From Octopus vulgaris (Eukaryota), in contig OX597830.1 in assembly GCA_951406725.2 (NCBI GenBank), positions 31,124,001-31,188,000 of the forward strand: a stretch of 64,000 bases of DNA. Reading direction: 5' to 3'. The position numbers and the translations under genes were made by a program. Below the pieces are notes generated by a model. That model did not search any database and was not told the origin of the DNA. It worked only from the letters and a program-made list of their open reading frames with translations. Each line of letters opens with the position of its first letter. The first letter of the stretch is position 1. This document shows positions 25,991 to 39,383 of the stretch, piece after piece.

Positions 25991-26020
25991 CTGCAAAAGA
26001 GAAAAAGAGAAAAAGAAATT
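25991..26020 (-). other. 3' splice acceptor and polypyrimidine tract of the ZFHX exon
   Basis: Minus strand reads AATTTCTTTTTCTCTTTTTCTCTTTTGCAG immediately before the exon. Confidence 0.85.
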
Positions 26021-26056
26021 ATAAGCAAAAATTATGACAGAGTTTTCTTTCGTTTA

Positions 26057-26126
26057 CAATATGTATCAAAAAGCAATATGTATTAAAAAGCAATATGTAT
26101 TAAAAACAATATGTATAAAAAACAAT
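26057..26126. repeat. Short tandem repeat, 16-17-bp unit x4 (CAATATGTATTAAAAAG)
   Basis: CAATATGTAT at 26057, 26074, 26091 and 26107. Confidence 0.9.
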
Positions 26127-26496
26127 GATCATATTTGCTGGAAATTACAAGGAAGTAAATTCATAAACATATGATAACAATGCTTATGAATACATTTAAA
26201 TAAACAAGTTGACATCATTAGATAAAGCACGAGTGTGTATATAGACACACAGATAGATATGTGTGGTGTGTATCTACATATAAATATATAATTGATTTAT
26301 AGCTATGTACTTAATAAGAGCACTAAAACATACTCTGTATAAAGTACTCAATACTAATTGCAGAGTCATAAGAATAATTATCAATGGAAACTGCTTCCTT
26401 TGAATATTTGCTGACACAGGCTTCTCAAAAAGAATCAAATATTTAAAACTTCGAAGTCAGTCACCATTGGTAATAAATATTTTACACACACATGAT

Positions 26497-26532
<36 letters not shown>

Positions 26533-27947
26533 ATGTCTGTGTGTTTGTGTATGTGCATGCATAAGTTACTTAATTTCTGAACTAGCTGCACTGAGCTTTG
26601 GAACTAAATACATTCAGTTAACCTCTGCTAAACCTTCCAAAACAAAATATAATGAAACAATGAGCCACAACAAAACCACAAGAAAACTAACCACAAGACT
26701 GCAAACCAATTGACAGACATCAGAAGATAATAAAACACACAAGTTTCCAGTTCTTTACTAAATGAACAACACCAAGCTTCATTAAAATATTCTTCATAGC
26801 ATTCAAAGAGGAAACACACACACACAGACACACATACAGATGTACACAGAGGCACATATGATGAGATGAGAATTGATGTGATGTGGGCAAAAGGTGAAAT
26901 GAATGTGTGTGTGTATATGAAAGAGAGAGACAGACAGAGAGAAGAGAAAAAGCGTTTGTGTGCGTGTGTGTATGTGTGTGTGTGCAAAGAGCGAGTGTAA
27001 GTGTGTCAAGTGTGTATGAAATGTGAAATACTTTGAGGACACACAGAAGAAAAGATTCACAAAACAAATTAAGCTTTGAAATATAAAATGGATTTGAAAC
27101 TAATCTAATTGGTTTGTAATTTATTTTAGCATGAATCTGGTGAAAGACAAGACAAGGGGAGAAAGTAACACACACACACAGCAACAAAAGCATTCACACG
27201 CACACAAGCGTACACACACACACACAAGCGTACACACACACACAATATTTCATAAATTTACATGTGTATACATAACACACATCCACTACCAGAAAATACT
27301 CATGAACTCTCTCTCTTGCTCTCTCGCGCTCACACACACACACATACATACACACACACACACTCTCACACATACTGACAGACACTATTGATATTATTTA
27401 ATGTATACAATCTGATACAACCACACCTATAAACACACAAAGGCACATGATTGCTTTATGCAAATCTGAAATTTTTAGCAGAATAACTATTTAACAAATG
27501 CCATCATATATTCCCCTCTTTACAGAGACATGATGAGTAGAGAACATGACGTTGAAACGTTCATGCTGTTCCTCATAGATTTGTCTGCTGGCTCTGTGCA
27601 AATGCACCAGTGTGTAAGATTCCCACAATTCCACTCCCCATAACTTGGTATTTGCAAAGATTTTCATCAGAGAAGCCTAAAGAATACTGATTTAAATTAA
27701 GCATCCTAATACAAGCAAGCACAAAATATATATTTAAGAATTTACATATTGTACATCCATAAACTTAACATTACAATGCTGAAACACACACACACACACA
27801 CACACACATATATTTGTATATTTATAAACACATCTTTAAGCTTATGAGTAGGAGGAGTAAGCAAATGCATGTATGTATATGCTTGTGTGTTAATATATAT
27901 GCACACAAACACATATGTGCGAGTACTGACACAGCAGTTATAATAAG

Positions 27948-27981
<34 letters not shown>

Positions 27982-28582
27982 TGTACACACAAAATACATG
28001 TGCATAACTAGAAGCAGATGAATCACATATAAATACATACAAAGTCTACAGAATATAAAGATGTAACTACACAAGTAGGAGAATGGGGTGGATAAGCGAA
28101 GAAAAAGAAGACGAAGAAGAAGTCAACAACAACAACAACAACAATAACAACAATAACAACAACAAGAACAACACAGAAATGGCTTCTGATAAGTAATTGA
28201 TTTGTCTTCAAGAAACACAGTTTCATTTAGTTGGTGCCAGGTACAAAGCTAATATGAAAGATGAGATAATTCTTCATATTAGCAGCAAAGCAGAAACTCT
28301 TGGAGAAATACGGCAACAGAGAAAATTCAATTAACAATTTAAGTCTGACATCACCTTCTATCTATATTCGCATTTATCTCGCACTTAACAGGGATACGTC
28401 TTGTTTTGGAGGGGGTGTTTTATTTTTTTCATTATTATTTTTGAATATGATTTTCATTTTTATTTTCATTTATATGTGTGAGTATGTGTGTATGAATTCA
28501 AACTATCATGGCATAATTCCAAAATAAAATCATTCCAAAATAAAATCTAGTAGAAAGTTAATAATCCTTATATTATATATAT

Positions 28583-28637
<55 letters not shown>

Positions 28638-29519
28638 TGTGTATAGGTGTGTGGCAGCATATTTGCATATACAGAAATGTGAAGTCATATGACTATGAAT
28701 ATGTATTAACACATAGACACGTGCATGCACACAAACACACGCACACACACATTTGTATATGTATATATTACACATCCTTTCACACACACATACTAGCAAG
28801 GAAAGGTGGGTGTAAAAACAATGATGATGATGATGGTGGTGGTGTTGGTGTCGCACACACACACGCGTGCACACACACACATGCTTAATGCATATACAGT
28901 CTGCAAAATATGTTAAGGTAACTTGTAGATCGAGTGAAGGTCATCTAGTTCAAGCACATCTTATAATTGAATTAAGATCAATGGAAAAAGACAGGAAACT
29001 GAAGCCGATACTAATAAGCACTAATGTGTAACTAATATACTAATAAACATCATTGAGATACATCTGTCCAGCTGGTTAACATACCATCCTACTGTGGATG
29101 TGTGCTCACAGGACAATTTGATCTTAATACTGTAAGCTATGGGAAGAACTTGTGTAGTTCACTGATGGATAGTTCAATATTCTTTGTTTCTGAAAGTGCC
29201 TGGAGAGCTTCTCAGCCTGCTAGAAATAAGTGACAAATCAGATCATATCTTACTGCTTGAAAAATGGAGTAACATGTTAGATAATGAAGCACTGGTTACA
29301 TTGTACTTAAAGGAAAAGATATACAAAGACTGGTTTCAGCTGGAAAATTTTGATTATAGGTTTTGCTTCATCAGAGAGGATTTGATTAGAAAAACATCAT
29401 CAATATGAGAAACATCATCAACATGAGACCTTCACCATCAGCAAAATATATATTTGAAAGCTTCAGCAAGACTGTTAGCACCAGCAGGAGGAGAGTCAAC
29501 AATACACTCAGTAAAGCTG

Positions 29520-29705
29520 ACAAGAGCACATTTACATGGTTGCTCAACCTGCTAGAAATAGCAGCTAAATCTTATTAATGCTGCCTTCAAGAAAAGACAC
29601 TACTGGATAATCATGTGTATGTAAAAAAAAAAAAAAAAAAAAACAACTCATGGGATAGGTTTGCTCAATTAGTATTAAAGCAACACTAAACAAGGACTTA
29701 GTTGC
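29520..29705 (+). mobile_element. SINE-like family C copy
   Basis: TGGTTGCTCAACCTGCTAGAAATAGCAGCTAAATC...GACACTACTGGATAAT...ATAGGTTTGCTCAAT; another copy lies at ~29200-29370. Confidence 0.6.
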
Positions 29706-31949
29706 TGGGAGAGTCACTAAATGATTATTTCCTGCTATAACGAATCAGTGTAGATTTTTTAACCAATTACTTAACATTTCATATGCAAAAGAATTTTTAG
29801 TGAGTGTGATCAGATCCGCTGACTCAAAGATCAGGCCATTAGCATCCCACTTCTATCTTATTCACTGCCAGAGCTGAAACTGAACTCAGCTCTGGAGAAA
29901 ACTAATGAAATACTCTTTGGTTTTACAGTGCTGCCCCCGCTTGTGTAGTTGTTAGTTACTTCATAGTCTATAGTACTTCTTTACAGTGAGGTGGACTAGA
30001 GTATCCGAGAGTTAAGTGACTAAAAAAATGTAAAACTAAATTCCACTAACATGATATATATAAACTGAAGACATTTTTGGTCAATTGCCCGGAGCTCTAT
30101 TTGACTTGGTGAAATAAACGTTATGAAATATGTTGGCAGTGAACGGGTTATTGAACCTTGCACTTCTTTCCTGCCATCTTGGTTTGAGTTTCTAGGTGCA
30201 ACGAGCAAGAGATAGTCCATTTGGACAGAACTCATTTCTCTGAAGTTTATGAATCAGAAACAGCAGGTACAAAGTGGAAGTGACATAGCTAAATTCTGAG
30301 TCAAACTGGTTTCAAACAGTAGCTTACTAAAATTCTGTTGCTCACACAGTAACAACTAATATTGTTAACAGATACACCTAACAAAAGATAATAGAAAAAA
30401 GCATAACAAAGTGCATGGTAGTTGAATGATAGAACTATGTCTAATCATGTTTAATTATCATGTTCTGATATACAAAGTTATAATACAGTTTTTGTAACTG
30501 AGTGTGATCAGTGTAAGAGAAATAGCATGGTGTGGGTATCTTATTGATCAATATGTAAATGTGGTACATTTCCTGTGCCAAAACATGTTTACAAGATAAC
30601 AGTGTTTTCTATGACATGTGGTACTATAGAACTGGTTTGATGCAGAGGTGTAACTGAGCAAGTTCAACCATGGTACAACAATGTGTAACACTGAGTTAAT
30701 TACAAGTACACTAGAGTGGCTGTGACATGGTAGATGGTAGGGTGGATGTTTGTCTAACAGAAGATGTGACTGATGTGTCAGACAGAATGTGACCAGGCTT
30801 TGGTGATAGAGCATGCATGATGTGTTGAACACGTGTGATCAGACATGATGGTGTTGTGGGAAGGGTGGTGAGAGGGAAAGGTGAGAAACAATTAGAAAGA
30901 GAGAAAGGTGGAAAGTGAGAGAGAGAGATAGAGGGAGACAAAGAGGGAGTGGAAGCAAATGAATTGCATAAATTTATGGATGAAAAGAACATGGCAAACA
31001 CTGCAGAGGAACTGTGACACCGCTATTGTATCACGTCAGAGCAGATGTGACACGTAAGAGACATACCAATATAATTGTCTACACGGTAAACATGGCAGGG
31101 ATGAAGGAGAACAATGGTGCTTGACGAAGTACTGCAGCAACAATTAAATGATGTGTCAGATAAGATTTATTGTTTGGCCAACAACACGTATTCTTCTAAG
31201 TCTAAACCATTCATCATAATGCAGTTATATACATGCTCACGCACACACCTACATGTACACCTACGCAGACATACACACACCCATCCACATGCAGAGAGAG
31301 AGAGAGAGAGAGAGAGAAGGTATTACATATTACAGCATTCAGACGTACCATAACACACACTCATCAGCAATTAGAAAATTCTATATAAAAGCGCAGACAA
31401 ACCCTAATACATATATATATATATATATATATATACATACATATATATATACATACATATATATATACATATATATTCATATATATATATATATATATAT
31501 TCATCAACTGCACAGACACATCAGCTACATACATAGATATGTACATAAATGCACAATTATAAATCCATTAATGCATATGTGCATACGCATACATGGAAAC
31601 GCATACATGCATGAATAAATTACACCTTCCTACATGAACACAAACATACATACACAAGGCATTCATGAGCAATAAAATATATCAACAATTAGAGATTACT
31701 ACACAAACATCTTTACACATTCACATATGCTCGCTTACACACCTACAGACGCGCACACGCACACACACACAACAGACGCCACCATGCCTCCTCCCCCTAC
31801 ACACACACACACACACACTCCCTTCTCACCCACTCACACACACATTGTAATACTTATGAATTTAATATTTGCAGATAAAATTAATGGATTTTCCTAACTA
31901 CTTGGCAGCAATTTTAAAATATTAGATGAAGGTAGGAGACAATATAGAA

Positions 31950-31969
31950 AGAAGAAGAAGAAGAAGAAG

Positions 31970-31998
<29 letters not shown>
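31950..31998. repeat. (GAA)n microsatellite within a purine-rich tract
   Basis: Read directly. Confidence 0.95.
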
Positions 31999-32000
<2 letters not shown>

Positions 32001-33614
32001 GGAAGAGGAGTAGTGGGAAGGGGAGAGGAGGAAGTGAGAGGGAGACACAGCAAAAGAATGATGAGGGGAGAAAAGAAGGAAGAAGAGAGAGGAAATGGGG
32101 TAGGAAGGAGGAGGAGGAGAAAAAGGAGAGGCATATTAATATATATATATATATATACGCTAACAAGGAAGAAAGAAGTTGAAACCACAAACAAAGAAGA
32201 AATAAATAAGCAATATCAGGGTAAAAGAAATGGAAATATAGTGAATGAATGAAAAAGAAAGAGTTTCTTTCATTATAGGTTTTTCAATAAACTTAATTAA
32301 AAATAATTTTTGTTCTTTAAAATGGTAAGAATAAGCCAAGAAAAGTCCCAATCTCTATTGAATATAAGATTTGTTTTTCTTCAACTGTGCCACACATGCA
32401 TTTGGGGGTTTATACAAGACTATTTATGGTGGAAGTATGTTCGGCAAAATTCATCCTTGAAATCAGACTTACTTAGAGAATTATAGACCCCCCAGGCAAA
32501 TCAATGCACAAGGCCATATGAAATTTATTTATTGACAACAAATCACAGCATACATTAGATCAGAATTGAAGCCTTAGACTCACGTGACCCTAGGGCAAAT
32601 TAACCACTACACTGGACCCTATAGTATTCATTCACTGATATACATAGATCAGAACTGGGTCACTAGATCTGTTCAGGCCCTGAACCCTACCCCAGGCAAT
32701 TGCTCATGCTGTAAGACAGTACTGGTTAAAATTCAACAAACGAATAATAAGAGATTGAATTTGGGTACACACCCCATTCTATATGGTGTGCAACATGGCC
32801 CTCAATCAATCTACATAAGGTGTTAACCCCCTACCCCGTACAGTGTGCAATATAGGTCTCTGCCAATCTGCATAAGGTGTTAACTCTGACTACCATGTAA
32901 AGAGTTCATAGTTAAACGCACATGGGCAAACGTTTTCAGCAACAACCACAATAGCACCATCAATGACAGCAGACATAACAATAATAATTGTGAACAAGTA
33001 AGTTGTTATAAGAAGTGCTTCAGATGTACACACATATGCACATACATATATAGACAGATGCACACGCAAAACCCAGACACATTAACAAGCACAAAGAAAC
33101 TGGCAGATTCAACTTATTGTAATAAAATCCATATATTTTTTTAATGTATGCAGAGACAAAATGAAATGCACACACACAAGTCCAAACAGAAGCAAATACA
33201 CACACACACACACACACACATACGCACAAATTCTCAAGTAGTTAAACGTCAGATAAGTTTAATTATGCACACATATCACAGAAAACATACACTTTCTCAA
33301 GTACACAAAACAAGAAAATAATCTTAATTAACTGTATATGCATACAAAGGCCAATGCACACACACACACATAGAGAGGAAGAAAGAGAGAAGGAGAGAGA
33401 GCGAGAAAGAGAGAGAGACGCATACATTCATACAATATATATATATACTACTGGATATATATATATATATATACATACATGCACACATATATGAATATAT
33501 AATATGAACTTCATATACATCAACATAAATATGTGTATATATGTATATATATATATATATATATATTCATATTGGGAAAATTCGTATAGAAACACATATT
33601 GACCCTTAGAGTAA

Positions 33615-33765
33615 TACATACACACATGCATACATTTTTTACATACACACACACACACATGCATACATTTTTTACATACACACACACACACATGCATACA
33701 TTTTTTACATACACACACACACACATATGCATACATTTTTTACATACACACACACACACATGCAC
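33615..33765. repeat. Minisatellite, ~33-bp unit x4 (ATGCATACATTTTTTACAT(AC)n)
   Basis: GCATACATTT recurs at 33628, 33661, 33694 and 33729. Confidence 0.9.
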
Positions 33766-34159
33766 AAACATACATTAGCACACGCATGCACACACCATTA
33801 AAAAGAGGAAATTCAACTGAAGTCAGAAAAGAGAACAGCTATTGTCTTATCAAGCTTAAGCTTATGGAGTGGGGAGGGGGAAGGAAGAATATGAAAAGAG
33901 AGAGAGGAAGAGAGTGGACTATTCTGTTTTATTCTTAACCTCATCCCCCCTCCCCACCTCCACCACTCCATGCAGCCTCTTGTAATCATCTCGTTTTCCC
34001 CCCCACCTCTACACTTTAACCTTAACTACTAACTGTCCATCTCTGTTGTTGCCACCACCATTCTCACCACTCCCACTACCACCACCACCATCACGAACAG
34101 CAACAACAACAACACTCTTAGCACTGGCTATCAGGACCATTTCCCCACCTCTCAAGCCA

Positions 34160-34380
34160 ATGAGATAGCTCCTATGTGGTTGCTTGACCTGTTAGAAATA
34201 GTAGCCAAATCATCTTCAACTCATTCAATCATTTTTTTTTTTTTTTAAAAAAAGACAATTAGACAAAGTAGTCTTAGATATATGAACAAAAGAACATGAT
34301 AGGTGCAATGGGAAAGCTGTCTGATCGTAAGCCTGTTCAATCAGGATAGACTTGGTTGGGGTTAAATAAGAACAACTACA
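34160..34380 (+). mobile_element. SINE-like family C copy (GTGGTYGCTYGACCTGCTAGAAATAGCAGCCAAATC...GCTAAACAAC tail)
   Basis: The same ~200-bp consensus recurs many times in the window (e.g. 6985-7190, 11103-11297, 29520-29705, 37128-37320, 37690-38015, 43890-44045, 48043-48235, 57180-57310, 59772-59975). Confidence 0.7.
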
Positions 34381-34734
34381 ATAAGATGTCCTTCCACAAT
34401 CTGAACATCACTACTGCCTCTGCAGTTATAATTAGTATCAGAATTAAGCAAATCAGATGCAATCACAGTGAGGACTAAGAAGAAAACATTGAAACCAAAA
34501 AATGGGGAAAAAAAACATAAAAAAGAAAAGAAAAAAAACAGGGAAAAGAAAGGAAGTGAAAGAAAGAGTATAGGGAAATGCAGATGAGTGTTAAGAAGAG
34601 GAAGCATAAAAAAGTTGGGGGGGGAGGGGGACAGCAAAGAGATGTAAGCAAAGAAGGATGATGAGGGTGAACATGAAGTTGCTAAAAGAGCAAACACTCT
34701 TGAAGTACGTACGTACGTACATATGTATGTATGT

Positions 34735-35590
34735 GTACTCTTTTACCTTGTGTCAGCCTTTGACTGCAGTCATGCTGGAGCACTGCCGGAAAGGGATTAA
34801 TCAATTGAATCATCATCCCCTAGTACTTATTTTAAGTGTGTTGCTTACTATCAGCATTTTTGTTTTAGCCAATCTATTAAGTTGTGAGGACGTAAACAAA
34901 CCAACATCAGTTGCCAAACAAAGGGAGATAAACACTAGGATGCATAAACACACACACATGCAGTTAGAACATTTGTTCATTTTTACATCCATCCAGTTTT
35001 TTTTTTTACCATGATTACATAAATATACAATTTGAGATTTTGTTTTACAACTGGATTCCATTCTTGATCCAGTACTAACCTTTACCTGTTTTTCCAAGTA
35101 AGGTATTTCCTATTTCACATGGCTTTGAAGGCCCCCAAACCCACAGAACAATTTGTTCTCAGAAGAACACCACATGCAGCTTAGTAAAATGCATGTACGC
35201 ACGTGCATGCACACACACACACACACACAATGGACATTTTTCAGTATTTTTTTTCCACAAAATCTACTCACAAGGCTTAGGTCAGCCTGGGGCTTCAGTG
35301 GAAAACACTGGCATAAAGTGCTGTGCAGTAAGACAGAACTTAAAACCATAAGGTTGCAAAATGAACTTCTAAAGGACAGCTATATCTGCTACTATTCATA
35401 TACATAGGTGTGTCCAGAGCTGTGGGTTTAAAAACTTACACATACACACACACATGATGAACTTCAGCACAGTTTTCAATCTACCAAATTCACTGAGAAG
35501 GCAACTGGTCATCCCAAGCTACTTTAGAAGTTACTTGTCCAATGGGCTATGCAGTATGACCGAATCCAAAACGACATACTTGTGAAGCCA
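34735..35590 (-). mobile_element. Cluster of decayed SINE family B fragments (reverse orientation)
   Basis: TTGACTGCAGTCATGCTGGAGCAC...AGTACTTAT...TAAGTT..GGACGTAAACAAACCAACATCAGTTG; CTACTCACAAGGCTTAGGTCAGCCTGGGGCT; TCTACCAAATTCACT. Confidence 0.55.
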
Positions 35591-36472
35591 TGTCTGAAAG
35601 AAAGGTAGAATTCACATAGTGTTTAAGCAGTAATGTGTTTGCATTGGTGTGCAGAAGATGTCTCCAGTTGAGACATATTATTCAGTGACGAGCCATCGTC
35701 ATCCATCCATGTATCTAGTAAGTTTTATCGTTTGTGCAGTGTAAAGGTGCACGAGAGTATGTGAGCATTTGTGTTTTACATGCTTCTATATAGTAAAGTA
35801 AATGGCAGTGAGCTAAGAGAGAAGTGTGCAGAGAGAGTAACAACTGCAGGGGGCAGGGTAAATCTGCTGACAATCACTGCTAGGTTTTTGTTTTCTTTCT
35901 CCCTCTGCAAAAAACTTCAATTGCCTGAGAAGTTTTTGCCTACATCATTCAATTCTTTAAACCTTAATTCATGCCATTGGCCTACTTGAGTTATCTCCCA
36001 TAGTTCATTTTATGTTTTTAATTACCCATAACTACAGTCATCTGTCTATCCCTCCACTCATCCAACCGTCTTACAAACCAGTACAATATGTGTAGACGCA
36101 TGAATGCGCATGCATGTGCATTTGTGCATGTATGTGTGAGAATGCATGCGTGTGAGTATGTGTGTGCATATGTCTGTGCATGTTTGTTCATCTCCTAGTG
36201 CCAGTCAGTGGCAGTAATGCAAGAGGGGCAGAGATAAGCTGGGCTGGGTTGAGTTGGGTTGGGCTGACCTCGTTGATCAAACTAGCCCTGCCCAGCCTGC
36301 CGGCTATCCAGCCAGTGTTATGCAAATAAATCCTCAACTCCTTCGAAATATTCTTTAAGAATCAAAAACAAACAAGCAAATATTGTTGATGATGGTGATG
36401 ATGATGATGATGATGATGATGACAACAAAGACAATGACAGTTATATTGATGGTGGTTATGATGATGAGAACA

Positions 36473-36530
<58 letters not shown>

Positions 36531-37127
36531 CCTAACAAAGAAGAGCCTAACACAATGCATGACGATGCCCCTTCACTAAATTTTCATTACAGTTTCTGAG
36601 TTTACAATTGTAGTTGTTGTGTTTTATTCCTCTAATGAGATAGAGGCAAGAAGTTAGCAGGGACATACAGACAGACTAATGTTATTATTGCCGGTGTTAG
36701 GAGGACACACACACACACACGCGCGCGCATGCACACACACACATGCACACAAACACACACACACAAAGATATACACATATCCTCACACGCTCACACAGAA
36801 CACAATGTTTGTTAATGATGTTAATGCTGCTGGTTAATGTGGACAGACAGACAGACTGATGAAGTCGGTATTGTGTTAAGACAAGCAGACAGACAGACAA
36901 GCAGAAGGATGATGCTTTTATTGTAATTGTTGTTAAAATAACAGCTGGAGTTGGTCATGATGATGATGATGATGATGATGATAATGATGATGGTGATGAT
37001 GACTTCATTAAAATTGATGTGAGGTGGACACAAAAATAAACAAATGACAATGATGATGATGATGATGATGATGATGATTAGATTTGGCTGAAATGGACAG
37101 CAAACAGTCAGATTATGATTACATGCA

Positions 37128-37320
37128 CTGTTGTTGTTTAGCCCCAGTTGAGCCCTGATTGAGCAGATCTATGATTATAGGCATTCCAGCTATAGCCATT
37201 GTTTCTTTTTTTTCCTGGTTATATTATATCCAATGTGTCTTATTTTTAAGACAGGAGGATATAATTTCACAGAGATCTGGCTACTTTTCCTACCAGATCA
37301 AAGATCCTAATGAGGGCTGA
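37128..37320 (-). mobile_element. SINE-like family C copy (reverse orientation)
   Basis: GTTGTTGTTTAGCCCCAGTTGAGCCCTGATTGAGCAGATCTATGATTATAGGCATTCCAGC...ATCCAATGTGTC...GAGATCTGGCTAC. Confidence 0.7.
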
Positions 37321-39039
37321 TGAAGTTCAAATCCCATCAAATTGGACTTTGTGTTTCATAGCTGAGTGCAGCATCAGTAAAATGATCTCAAGCTGTGCAC
37401 TAATGATATAAGCTAAAGACATTTTGGTCATTTGTCTGGAAGTTATATTTCCTATCTAGAAATCTGTGGTCTTTTGCCAATATTTAAAACTGTAGTTGAA
37501 GTCATTGCAAAGCTGCAATATATTTGGCACAAAAGAGACATCACTAGATGGAGTGCTTAATTGTAATTTGTGTAGTGTATTTTAAAAACTGTGCTCAAAT
37601 CTTTGGAAATGAAGGGTAACAATGAACTAAGTACCATTCCTATTAAAGCCCATCTAACTTACCAATTGCTCCTTGTTTTCATCCAATCAGATTACTATTT
37701 AGTTGCTCAAACATGCAAGAATTAGCTATCAATGAAATCCCTCTTAAATCACACCCTACTGTCTTAGACAAATTGGTCCTAGATCCAGTTGCATAGAAGG
37801 CCATCATATGGACTTGACCTGTTATTTAAAGGACCAGTTTCATTACACACCATACTGCATCAAGTATGCCTTAGGATTACTTTACAGGTGTAAGTGCCAC
37901 ATTTCTGAAAATGACACCTGATTAATCAATCTTGAATACACTACAACAGAATGGTTATGGCTGGAATGGCTCCAATCACTAGTTTGTTCTATATAAACTG
38001 ACCTGGAGATAACAACAAATTCTCTTCCTTTAATTATTCCTATTCTCTTTCACCTCCAAAATCTTGTAAGAAATACTTTATTTAATATTTGCTCTCTCAG
38101 TATGGAACACTCTGGGATTCAATATCAGCACAAGTTTTCCCAACACACACACAGAGCCAAAAGGGCCTCTATTTCAGTCGCACAACCAACTAGAATTTAG
38201 AACCAATGAAATTTGTCAAGAATTACATTCTACTGTCTTGAAAAATGTAGTTATAGATCTAACTGTAAAGAAGCTTATCAGAAGAACTCTGATGATGACT
38301 GATGGATCTATCATTAATTTTGATGACAAGCACTGGGTTTGTTTGTTACCTATTTGTTAAACTAACGTATAAATGGTTGAGTATTCCACAGATACATGTA
38401 GCCATAACACAATTTGAATCTTCAATGAAACAGTGCAATCCGTATGACTGGATTCCACGTGGTTTCTGTCAATTCAGCTTCATTTAGACGGTTTGGATCG
38501 TCAACCTAAAACTGAGTTATCTTGGCCAAGATACCACTCATTTGGATTGAACCCAGAATGTTATGATTGTAAAGTAAACTACTTAACCACTTGGTCATTG
38601 CTGCATCTGTGATGGACTGTACTTGTAAGGCAAAGGACTCATCATTTTACATCATCTTGTTACAACAAACATTACCCCCATCCAATTCACTACCAAATAA
38701 ACTAGTCATGTGATATGCACTGTCTCTTCTGCCTCTTGTTACAAGCTCTTACAGTAAAATACATGGCACAGACATAGTTAAGTAATTTGCCCAAGGACCC
38801 AGTGCCTTCTGCTTTTTTTTTTTTGTTTATTATCTATAGTACTTCCAGGTATACAGGAAAAGAAGTAAATGGTTCAATGCCTTGATCAGGACACAAGGGA
38901 ACATCAGAAATAGAGTATGAACTTTTGACTTCTTCATTTAGGCATTATAACTCTCCACCATAAGGGTAAGGTAAAAAGAGAGAGAGAGAGTTAGAGAGAG
39001 GGAGAGGGAGAGAAAGAAAATGATGGGGCATAGTGAGAA

Positions 39040-39070
<31 letters not shown>

Positions 39071-39348
39071 CAGACAAGGAGTAGAAAGAAAGAAAAAGGT
39101 GGACAGAGGTGTCAAAGAAGTGAGACTGGTGAACAAAACCATTATTTAAGACAGGTTTGAATTAAAATTGTCATCATCACAACAACAACAACAACAACAC
39201 AACATAGTGACAATTACAGAGCTAATGGAAACGATGATGATGATGATGATAATTACAATGATGAAAATGACAATGATGATGATAATGACATAGGAAATAG
39301 TGGTAGCATTGTAGGAAATAGCAGCAGCATTAACAACTGATGCTGCTA

Positions 39349-39383
<35 letters not shown>

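Noticed and set aside
31926-32252. Arg-rich protamine-like ORF
   Set aside because: Translation of a (GAA)n/purine tract.
33615-33765. CRISPR-like 33-bp periodic array
   Set aside because: Head-to-tail minisatellite without unique spacers, in a eukaryotic context with no cas genes.
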